Shown here piece by piece: positions 1-6,621 of a stretch of 27,551 nt of DNA. Within the stretch, counting starts at the first letter, position 1; every line of letters starts with the position of its first letter. The translations under genes were made by a program, and so were the position numbers. Origin of the DNA: a virus; the IMG/VR virus record IMGVR_UViG_3300045988_032611, positions 1 through 27,551 of that record; one strand, 5' to 3'. A model generated the notes under the pieces. It worked only from the letters and a program-made list of their open reading frames with translations, ran no database searches and was not told the DNA's origin.

Positions 1-119
1 GGTTCTGCGGATGGCAGTTCCAACTCTTTCTCTGCGTGTCTCCAGACATCGGGATAGAAGTCATGGATGTACTCTGCGATATTCAGCTTATGATGGTCAT
101 CTGGCTGTGCGGATGGCAA
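1..119. repeat. Terminal redundancy, copy 1 (identical to 27433-27551)
   Basis: Direct comparison shows the first 119 nt (ggttctgcggatggcag...ctgtgcggatggcaa) repeated exactly at the window end. Confidence 0.97.
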
Positions 120-206
120 GTTCTTAATGGCATCAAATGCCGCTTTTCCTGCCCACTTCCATTCAAGCGCATCAATCGCCGCCTGTCTGCTGATTAAATC
201 ATTCAT
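1..206 (-). CDS. 5' part of a small modular phage protein gene. It has a 'DLISRQAAIDAL' N-terminal module, an LPSAQP linker and a DUF551-like C-terminus. It continues across the circular junction into 27228-27432, giving 136 aa in total.
   Basis: ATG at 206-204, preceded by AGGAGA. Translation reads MNDLISRQAAIDALEWKWAGKAAFDAIKNLPSAQPDDHHKLNIAEY... The frame joins the 27228-27551 ORF exactly, because 206+205 nt = 137 codons. Confidence 0.75.
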   Translation of the reverse strand, partial: MNDLISRQAAIDALEWKWAGKAAFDAIKNLPSAQPDDHHKLNIAEYIHDFYPDVWRHAEKELELPSAE

Positions 207-480
207 CGGTTCTCCTTTCCATTTTTGCCCGACTACAGAAATCATCTTTTTCGTTATAAAATGTCACCCTGTCACAACCGAAAAGACCTTCAAAGTTATA
301 CATACAATCCTCACACCGAATGATTTCTGGCTGTGCGGATGGCAGATTTTCAATAACATTTTCGAATAACTTATACCTAATCCAACAACCGCTATCCCAT
401 CTCTGCATTTCAGTATCAGTTTCAAACGCTTGATGGTACATAGCGTCTCTTAATGCTTGTCTGCTGATTAGATCACTCAT
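199..480 (-). CDS. Small modular phage protein: 'DLISRQA' N-terminal module, LPSAQPE linker and a Cys-rich C-terminus (RCEDC...C...FCS)
   Basis: 93-aa ORF that is a paralogue of the following gene. Both start M(S/N)DLISRQA and contain NLPSAQP(E/D). Its stop overlaps the next start (ATGAATGA). Confidence 0.7.
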   Translation of the reverse strand: MSDLISRQALRDAMYHQAFETDTEMQRWDSGCWIRYKLFENVIENLPSAQPEIIRCEDCMYNFEGLFGCDRVTFYNEKDDFCSRAKMERRTDE

Positions 481-492
481 TCTGTTCTCCTT

Positions 493-726
493 TCACCATT
501 CACAAGGTATCTCGAACAACACTTTGTTGAGTCGGATTATTACATCTCCGATTGCGTCCAGCGTGTATTCCTCTTTGTTCTCTGCCTTAGCGATTCCCCC
601 GATACCTCTGCCATTTGTCCATTTTCTGACCACAGATGCATCGGTCAATTTAACCTGTGCCTCGGTTCTTTCTGCCTCTGTCCCAATAACTATCCATCCA
701 TATTCACATACAAAACAAGTTTTCAT
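493..726 (-). CDS. Hypothetical small phage protein (77 aa)
   Basis: ORF in operon context. The motif VVRKWTNGRGIGGIA...LD..G...I....V..I.C..W looks like a recurrent small phage protein family. That recollection is unverified. Confidence 0.6.
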   Translation of the reverse strand: MKTCFVCEYGWIVIGTEAERTEAQVKLTDASVVRKWTNGRGIGGIAKAENKEEYTLDAIGDVIIRLNKVLFEIPCEW

Positions 727-741
727 TTCCCTTTCTCCTTT

Positions 742-1314
<573 letters not shown>

Positions 1315-1353
1315 TTCAGTCTCCTTTCGTTCACCACGATGTTGCTCATTCTT

Positions 1354-1587
1354 TCATCTCCTTGCTCTTGGTGGATATTTGTCTGCTAATCCTGTGACTA
1401 TCGAATGCAAGTGGGTCTTTAGTTTGGGTTCTTCGTATATCGGAATTAAAAATGCCCATTCTGCCTCTGGCGATTTCGATATGTTTGCCCCTGGTGGATA
1501 ATAGGCAATGTTTAAATAATAATTTGCTCCATCAATCCACGGCATCACCCGAACCTTATACCCAGCTATCCATTTATCAATGTTCAT
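1354..1587 (-). CDS. Hypothetical protein (77 aa)
   Basis: ORF in a co-directional operon. No motif recognised. Confidence 0.5.
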   Translation of the reverse strand: MNIDKWIAGYKVRVMPWIDGANYYLNIAYYPPGANISKSPEAEWAFLIPIYEEPKLKTHLHSIVTGLADKYPPRARR

Positions 1588-1599
1588 CCTCGCACCTCC

Positions 1600-2247
1600 T
1601 CACCAGCAGGTAGCGATATCATACCAGTACCATCCGCCAAGTCCTGTATCGCAGACTATTCCTGTGCCAAGCGATGTCTCTACTATTGAGCCTTTCGGCA
1701 TCCAATCGTAGTCCGCCGCGCACATGACGTACGGCCCGAACATCTTTACTCCGTCCTCGCGCACCCAGTATTCATAGTCATAGCCAAGACTGTGCATCCA
1801 CTCGACCACGCCTGACATGTCCAAGTTGTAGTAGGTTTCCATGACTCCGTAAAAATAGTTGACGCCTGCATCCGGCGTGAGCACTCCGCTTCCGCTCGGA
1901 TAATCATATCCACTATATGTGACCTCACGTATAGGCGGCACATAGTTTGCGTCGATCCATGCCTGCACCTCTTCGTAGCGATCACCAAGGTATGCCACAC
2001 GCTCATCTCCGTTGATGCCTTGGTTCAGTACCAAATCCGCGAGTTCCTCGACGGTATAGGATGGTATTGTCGTTTCGGTTTCTTCAGTAGCCACCACAGT
2101 AGTGGCAGGCTTAGTAACAGGCTCCACAGTAGTTTCTTCCTCATCATGCACCTCCATAGCGACGATCTCCGTCTCAATAACCGTAGTTTCTGCGGCGCAG
2201 CCGGTCAGCAGGACCGCTGCCGCCAGTATCATCAATATCCTTTTCAT
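1600..2247 (-). CDS. Secreted lipoprotein with a possible 3D/DPBB-like C-terminal domain
   Basis: Signal peptide plus lipobox: MKRILMILAAAVLLTG|C. An acidic, Thr-rich linker follows. The C-terminus CAADYDWMPKGSIVETSLGTGIVCDTGLGGWYWYDI resembles the 3D-domain pattern (vAvD..iP.G..v...G.g.a.DtG..i....D). ATGA overlap with the upstream gene. Confidence 0.7.
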   Translation of the reverse strand: MKRILMILAAAVLLTGCAAETTVIETEIVAMEVHDEEETTVEPVTKPATTVVATEETETTIPSYTVEELADLVLNQGINGDERVAYLGDRYEEVQAWIDANYVPPIREVTYSGYDYPSGSGVLTPDAGVNYFYGVMETYYNLDMSGVVEWMHSLGYDYEYWVREDGVKMFGPYVMCAADYDWMPKGSIVETSLGTGIVCDTGLGGWYWYDIATCW

Positions 2248-2855
2248 TTCTTCAATAATTCCTCCTCTAATGCCTTGAAATCATACTTGCGTTGGTGGAA
2301 GTTGTTAAAGCTCGTCTTCTTCTTTTCAGCGTCTCCGCTGTTCCAGAACCTGGCACGTGCCTGCCAGTCCATTGGCTGGCCATCGATCATCCAGTTCCGT
2401 GATTCGTAATAATTCCAGAAGCGGTCAGCGTCTATCGCAGACAGTCCTTCGTCTGAACAGAATTTTTTGACTTCTGCGAGAGATGGTGTGTGTGTGTCTT
2501 CTTTTTTATTCCCTTCCACACACACTTCCTCTCCTATCCTATCCATTCCTATCCTATCCAATCCTATCCTATCGGCTTTTTTCGGTTTTTCGTCTTTTTT
2601 CGGACGACCGCCCAAAGCCCCATTTTTAGCGTTCTTTTCGCACTTTTCGATAAAAAGCGAACGGTTTTTTTCGGTTTTTTCGAGCATCATTTGATAGATT
2701 GCTTTCACGATGTCACTTTCAATGTCAACAGGAGGTTCTTTACCTGTCGCATCATAGTCAAGGAGTGCAAGGATGATGGCTTTCACATCATGGTCGGACA
2801 TCTCTCTGAAGAGCTTCGTCCACTCATGATAGATGAGTAATGATGTCTTGTTCAT
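2244..2855 (-). CDS. Replication organiser or initiator-like protein (DUF6291-like N-terminus, DnaD-like Trp-rich C-terminus)
   Basis: N-terminus LLIYHEWTKLFREMSDHDVKAIILALLDYDATG. C-terminus DADRFWNYYESRNWMIDGQPMDWQARARFW...FNNFHQRKYDF..LE. The assignment rests on motif memory. Confidence 0.6.
   Translation of the reverse strand: MNKTSLLIYHEWTKLFREMSDHDVKAIILALLDYDATGKEPPVDIESDIVKAIYQMMLEKTEKNRSLFIEKCEKNAKNGALGGRPKKDEKPKKADRIGLDRIGMDRIGEEVCVEGNKKEDTHTPSLAEVKKFCSDEGLSAIDADRFWNYYESRNWMIDGQPMDWQARARFWNSGDAEKKKTSFNNFHQRKYDFKALEEELLKK
2532..2576. repeat. Three tandem 15-bp repeats (tcctatcctatccaW), candidate iterons
   Basis: Units at 2532-2546, 2547-2561 and 2562-2576. They are followed by phased T5-7CG(G) tracts at 2574-2606 and 2660-2686. 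On the coding strand they encode DRIGLDRIGMDRIG. Confidence 0.85.
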
Positions 2856-3241
2856 TGTGTCATCTCCTTCAGTATCGTCATGAACTCCGTGAAGTCCATC
2901 GTCAGCCTGGCATCGGATTCAGGTCCTTTAGAATCCATCAGACGAAGGAAGTCCTTTACCTTCATCGTGATCTGCCAAGGATGGCGGCTCTGGCGATATA
3001 CCACTACAGGATATCTCTTTATGGTCAGCCTGCTGACGTACTTCTCAGCCTGTGCGAACCATTGGTTGACGGCGAGATCCTCGTGGCGTTTAACTTCGAA
3101 GTGAATGGGCAGCTCCGGGCAGATGATGTCCGGTTCTCCGACCCACACCTGCCCGCGTCTTGCCATGAAACCGAATGATTCGATTATCTTGACGACCTCG
3201 CGCTCGCCGGTCTTGCCTTTGGTCTGCTGTGACCTGCCCAT
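2852..3241 (-). CDS. PD-(D/E)XK nuclease, Holliday-junction-resolvase-like
   Basis: GKTGEREVVKIIE...GEPDIIC...IHFEVKRHE fits the E...D...E-x-K nuclease motif. ATG at 3241 follows GGAGG and overlaps the upstream stop. Confidence 0.65.
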   Translation of the reverse strand: MGRSQQTKGKTGEREVVKIIESFGFMARRGQVWVGEPDIICPELPIHFEVKRHEDLAVNQWFAQAEKYVSRLTIKRYPVVVYRQSRHPWQITMKVKDFLRLMDSKGPESDARLTMDFTEFMTILKEMTQ

Positions 3242-3462
3242 CACCGAGCCTCCGCAGAATCGTATATCCGCTTCAGCGGAGCATGTGGCTCAAGTGGCTT
3301 GTACGGTATCGGTTCCGTTCTGGAGAACCAGTCTCCGAAGCACCTTGGACAGAGATGTTCTGCGCCGTCCAGTGTCGCCGGTTCTTCCTGCAGGATCTCT
3401 CCGCACCTGTCACACACATAGTATCTGACCATGCGGTCTTCAACCCTTTTGCCTGTCAGCAT
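3241..3462 (-). CDS. Small zinc-ribbon protein
   Basis: CDRCG...28 aa...CPRCF gives two CxxC pairs. GGAGGTG RBS before the ATG at 3462. Confidence 0.6.
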   Translation of the reverse strand: MLTGKRVEDRMVRYYVCDRCGEILQEEPATLDGAEHLCPRCFGDWFSRTEPIPYKPLEPHAPLKRIYDSAEAR

Positions 3463-3473
3463 CAGCGCACCTC

Positions 3474-4067
3474 CTACATGAACGGCAGACCTTCGTCACC
3501 CAGTCCGTCCGGTACCTGAAGGAAGCCCTCCTGTCCATTTATACCAGCTGCAGGCTTGAAGGCTGCAGTCTCCGGCTTGAGCGTTTTCTTCTCAGGTATC
3601 GGCTGTTCGTCCAGCTTAAGGATTCCGCAGAAATATCTCGGCTTCACGAGCGTGAAGATCCTGCCGTTCCAGTCATTCTCTTCCTCACCGAAGACCACGC
3701 CGATGCGCTTGCCCTTGAGACAGTCAGCGAAGACCGGTCCCCACTGGACGAAGAAGCTGGCATTGCTGTCCTCCGCAGCTGTCACGAACCTCTTGAGGGA
3801 CCTCTTGCCGAAGTCCTCAGTTTCATAAGATGTGATCCAGAACCGGCACGGCCATTTTTTGTTTTCGTTCGTGTTCGCCATGAACTGGTTGCTGAACAGC
3901 ATCGGCTGGGAGTCATCTCCTGCCATATCGAGCCAGATCTCAAGCTGTTCCTTGCCTGTAGAGCTTTTCTGTTCTATCACCTTAACGATGATGCATTTGT
4001 GACCGCCTACGGTCGGCTTTTCCGTGATGTCAATGTTGACGTCGTCATATCCTGCTGGTTTATTCAT
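3474..4067 (-). CDS. DUF669-like protein (ssDNA-binding partner typical of Sak4-type modules)
   Basis: It sits directly after the AAA_24-like ATPase with an 8-nt ATGAATAA overlap. N-terminus MNKPAGYDDVNIDITEKPTVGGHKCIIVKV. The family call is from memory. Confidence 0.55.
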   Translation of the reverse strand: MNKPAGYDDVNIDITEKPTVGGHKCIIVKVIEQKSSTGKEQLEIWLDMAGDDSQPMLFSNQFMANTNENKKWPCRFWITSYETEDFGKRSLKRFVTAAEDSNASFFVQWGPVFADCLKGKRIGVVFGEEENDWNGRIFTLVKPRYFCGILKLDEQPIPEKKTLKPETAAFKPAAGINGQEGFLQVPDGLGDEGLPFM

Positions 4068-4785
4068 TTGTTTCATCCTCCTCAAAAATCGGTTTTAAAA
4101 TCTCATAATCTAAGTCAAACATGTCCGGCAGACCGTGCCTGTTCTTTGCGTCCCAGCACGGATGATGCGACGCATAAACAACCCTTCTGCCGCCTGTGGC
4201 CTTCGCCTTGCCGTTCGAAGTGACAGCCACATCGGTCTTGTAGTTCAGGAACAGGAGCATGTCTGCCCATTCCTTGAACAGCGGAGCTGCCTTCTTCGAG
4301 AGCTTCAGCTCCCACCTGTCATAAGCGCCCATCTCGTCCGGCTGTTCGAACTTCCGCATCTGTGCGTGTGCGATCACTACCACATTGACGCCCTTGCGGA
4401 CTATCAGGGAGAGATAGGAGCAGAAGGCTGCCATCTTCTCAGCAACGTAGGTGTAGCCCTTGCCATACCCAATGTCCTCAATGCCCTTGACGCCCTTTTC
4501 CTGGCACACGGCTGTCGTACACATCTGTTCAGCCTTGTCCGCCGTATCGATGACGAGCGTCCTGCAGATGCTCGGATCTTCGATGATCTCCTTGAGCGCA
4601 TCGCCCAGCTGATTCCATGTGCGGATATCATCGACACGTTTGACGTCCATCATTGCGCTTCCGTCTTCGAGATCCAGAATGAGCGGATCAGGGAACTGTG
4701 CTGCGAGTGTTGTCTTGCCTATGCCCTCTGCGCCGTAGATAACGACCTTCTGGGCTCTTTTCTTCTTACCTTCGTTAATATTCAT
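4060..4785 (-). CDS. RecA-fold AAA ATPase (AAA_24 / Sak4-like recombination ATPase)
   Basis: Walker A VVIYGAEGIGKTTLA and Walker B-like TLVIDTADK. I place the start at ATG 4785, preceded by GAAAGGAAAG. Confidence 0.8.
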   Translation of the reverse strand: MNINEGKKKRAQKVVIYGAEGIGKTTLAAQFPDPLILDLEDGSAMMDVKRVDDIRTWNQLGDALKEIIEDPSICRTLVIDTADKAEQMCTTAVCQEKGVKGIEDIGYGKGYTYVAEKMAAFCSYLSLIVRKGVNVVVIAHAQMRKFEQPDEMGAYDRWELKLSKKAAPLFKEWADMLLFLNYKTDVAVTSNGKAKATGGRRVVYASHHPCWDAKNRHGLPDMFDLDYEILKPIFEEDETNE

Positions 4786-4858
4786 AAAATCTTTCCTTTC
4801 TGGCTCCAATGTGCTACAATGAAGCCGGTTATTGGGTAGAAATGCCACTTGTGTTGAT

Positions 4859-5173
4859 TCAGTCAGTCGTTGCAGCGGCTGGCTGTTTCTCTTTGAGGAT
4901 GGCCCTCAGCGTCTTCTGCTGTTTGCTCAGGCTTATCATCCTTGCCTGGTTCAGCTGATACTGTCTGCGGATCTGCGCCAGATCGTCAGCTGATACCTTC
5001 TGGTAACCGGAGCCGTCCTGCATGTTGACAATGAGGATTCCGTCTTCCCTTGCTTCCTGGATGGCCTTCCGGACCTTCCTGTCAGAAGTTCCCGACAGTT
5101 CCTTCAGTTCCCATCTCTTGATAGGCTTGTCCTCCGGAATGAGGTTGATGATCTCTGCATATTCCATCACCAC
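4859..5173 (-). CDS. Hypothetical protein, possible winged-helix DNA-binding domain
   Basis: 104-aa ORF. RWELKELSGTSDRKVRKAIQEAREDGILIV resembles a wHTH. Confidence 0.5.
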   Translation of the reverse strand: MVMEYAEIINLIPEDKPIKRWELKELSGTSDRKVRKAIQEAREDGILIVNMQDGSGYQKVSADDLAQIRRQYQLNQARMISLSKQQKTLRAILKEKQPAAATTD

Positions 5174-5370
5174 ACCTCTACTACTGCACGATCAGCTGAT
5201 ACTTCCACGACCTGTCCGATCATGCCGAAATCGTTGTGGCTTGCTTCGTAGATATCTACCTTAGTGCCGACCACCCAGCCGGAGCGTCTGTAGGTCTCGA
5301 AGAAGCCTTTCCACTGGGCATCGAAATAGCTCATGCCGGACAAATAAACTTCATTTCTTGTACTTTCCAT
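5167..5370 (-). CDS. Hypothetical protein (67 aa)
   Basis: ORF with overlapping start and stop junctions on both sides. Confidence 0.5.
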   Translation of the reverse strand: MESTRNEVYLSGMSYFDAQWKGFFETYRRSGWVVGTKVDIYEASHNDFGMIGQVVEVSADRAVVEVW

Positions 5371-5651
5371 CAGTCTTCCTCCTCATCGTGATAAACAAAA
5401 ACGTGATACTCGACATGCGAGATGACTCTCTGAAGCGGTTCCGCTGCGTTGTAGCATCTGATCAGGCCTTCTGCCGTGTCACTGTCATCCAGTACCCTGA
5501 AAGCCCAGATAACGATTCCTCTCTCAACCTCATCATCGTATGATTCGACGATGACCTCATCATCCGCTTCGAGCTTGCCGTACGGTGCCTCATAGAGATG
5601 CTTCACTCCGCTGTCGAGCCGTACAACGACATAATCCTTCATCTTACTCAT
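5370..5651 (-). CDS. Hypothetical acidic protein (93 aa)
   Basis: I place the start at ATG 5651, after GGAGGAGAACAC. The longer track ORF would run through the neighbouring gene. Confidence 0.55.
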   Translation of the reverse strand: MSKMKDYVVVRLDSGVKHLYEAPYGKLEADDEVIVESYDDEVERGIVIWAFRVLDDSDTAEGLIRCYNAAEPLQRVISHVEYHVFVYHDEEED

Positions 5652-5808
5652 GTGTTCTCCTCCTTCTGAATGTTGCGAATGCAACGAATGCCAGCCATGC
5701 CAGTGATGCCAGGATGACGATGAAGTTGAGTGGGCCATCGCCAGTGCCGGCTACCAGAACCGCAACGGCTGCGAGTGCGGTAATGGCTTTAACGATTGTT
5801 TTCTGCAT
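5644..5808 (-). CDS. Small two-helix membrane protein (54 aa), absent from the ORF track
   Basis: GGAGGAGACAAA then ATG at 5808. Translation: MQKTIVKAITALAAVAVLVAGTGDGPLNFIVILASLAWLAFVAFATFRRRRTHE. 8-nt overlap with the next gene. Confidence 0.55.
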   Translation of the reverse strand: MQKTIVKAITALAAVAVLVAGTGDGPLNFIVILASLAWLAFVAFATFRRRRTHE

Positions 5809-5820
5809 TTTGTCTCCTCC

Positions 5821-6003
5821 TTAATAACCAAAATGTCGTTTTGCTTCTTCCAGAGTAATCTTGTATGGACTGTTCTTCTTTGCGTTCGGATTCTCATGAC
5901 GGTTCAATGATCTGCCTAACTCCAACAGCCCAGATTTCGGATATCCCCGAAGGTCAACAAGTTCTCTGATTCTGTACATTTTTTCGGGTTTCTGGGGCTT
6001 CAT
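5821..6003 (-). CDS. Hypothetical small basic protein (60 aa), function unknown
   Basis: ATG at 6003 after AAGGAGAAG. Second gene of the early (cro-side) transcript, directly downstream of the cro-like gene. Confidence 0.45.
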   Translation of the reverse strand: MKPQKPEKMYRIRELVDLRGYPKSGLLELGRSLNRHENPNAKKNSPYKITLEEAKRHFGY

Positions 6004-6025
6004 CACTTCTCCTTCCATGTTATTT

Positions 6026-6042
6026 GGTGCATTTAATGCACC
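6026..6042. promoter_or_regulatory. Perfect 17-bp palindrome GGTGCATTTAATGCACC, candidate operator
   Basis: Arms of 8 bp around a central T. Its left 13-mer tggtgcatttaat recurs at 6284-6296. Confidence 0.5.
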
Positions 6043-6059
6043 TTAATAGCTAAAAAAAA

Positions 6060-6257
6060 TTAATTGAATATCTGGCTCTTCTCCGCCGCATTCAGTTTTA
6101 ACGTCTTGGCAAGCTTGTCCGCCGTTGAGAACCGAACGCCGGCTGGATTTTCGAGAGCTTTGTAATATGTCTTTCTGTTAATATTCGCCTGTCTGCACAG
6201 TTCAGAGATCGTCAGATTCTTGTCTCTACGTTTCTGGTCAATGATTTTAAAATTCAT
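6060..6257 (-). CDS. Cro-like XRE-family HTH regulator
   Basis: LTISELCRQANINRKTYYKAL is an HTH. The gene is divergent from the cI-like gene. Confidence 0.8.
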   Translation of the reverse strand: MNFKIIDQKRRDKNLTISELCRQANINRKTYYKALENPAGVRFSTADKLAKTLKLNAAEKSQIFN

Positions 6258-6283
6258 TGCTTTACTCCTTTCTATATTTTGTG

Positions 6284-6296
6284 TGGTGCATTTAAT
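6284..6296. promoter_or_regulatory. Operator half-site repeat (tggtgcatttaat)
   Basis: Exact 13-mer copy of the left arm of the 6026-6042 palindrome. It lies between the - strand promoter and the cro-like start. Confidence 0.45.
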
Positions 6297-6304
6297 CCTA
6301 CTAC

Positions 6305-6332
6305 AATATACACCCTGTGGTTACCTTTGTCA
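6305..6332 (-). promoter_or_regulatory. Candidate early (lytic) promoter: TTGACA, 16-nt spacer, TATATT
   Basis: The reverse complement of 6327-6332 is TTGACA and that of 6305-6310 is TATATT. The promoter is upstream of the cro-like gene. Confidence 0.5.
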
Positions 6333-6341
6333 ACAGTTTTG

Positions 6342-6370
6342 TTGCATTTCGTCCACACGTAGTTTATAAT
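6342..6370 (+). promoter_or_regulatory. Candidate repressor/integrase promoter: TTGCAT, 17-nt spacer, TATAAT
   Basis: TTGCAT at 6342-6347 and TATAAT at 6365-6370. The RBS AGGAGG precedes the ATG at 6397. Confidence 0.6.
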
Positions 6371-6396
6371 ATGGCAAAAACAAGAGGAGGTAACGC

Positions 6397-6621
6397 ATGA
6401 ACCAACTATATATTAACATCAAGAAACGGCGCGAAAGCCTCGGAATGTCGCAACGAGACCTTGCGGCAAAATGTGGCTATCGTGATCACACTACGATTGC
6501 AAAAATGGAAAAAGGAAAAGTCGATGTCACTATGGGAAGGCTTGAACAGATTGCAGCTGCATTGATGACTACTCCCCTGGAATTGACAGGATGGCTTGAT
6601 AAGGAGGACACCGATGCCTAA
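6397..6621 (+). CDS. cI-like XRE-family HTH repressor (short, no peptidase domain)
   Basis: LGMSQRDLAAKCGYRDHTTIAKMEKG is an HTH. The stop overlaps the integrase start (ATGCCTAA). Confidence 0.8.
   Translation: MNQLYINIKKRRESLGMSQRDLAAKCGYRDHTTIAKMEKGKVDVTMGRLEQIAAALMTTPLELTGWLDKEDTDA

Noticed and set aside
1-119. The 119-bp end repeat as a genuine physical direct terminal repeat of the virion DNA
   Set aside because: The repeat lies inside a coding sequence whose frame is restored by circular joining. In addition, HNH plus a Terminase_1-type TerL suggests cos-type ends elsewhere. This cannot be fully excluded without reads.
4135-4839. 234-aa + strand ORF antisense to the AAA ATPase gene
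   Set aside because: It is antisense to a gene with clear Walker motifs, has no RBS, and has an Arg/Leu/Cys-rich composition typical of a shadow ORF in GC-rich coding DNA.
5652-5738. His/Trp-rich N-terminal extension (MAHSTSSSSWHHWHGWHSLHSQHS) of ORF 5370-5738 as a possible metal-binding tail
   Set aside because: It overlaps a better-supported small membrane-protein gene in another frame. The internal ATG at 5651 also has a strong RBS.
6026-6042. The palindrome GGTGCATTTAATGCACC as an intrinsic terminator for the cro-like gene
   Set aside because: On the - strand the U-run precedes rather than follows the stem. The stem is only 6 bp with a 5-nt loop when folded as RNA. Recurrence of the 13-mer at the promoter argues for a protein-binding site.
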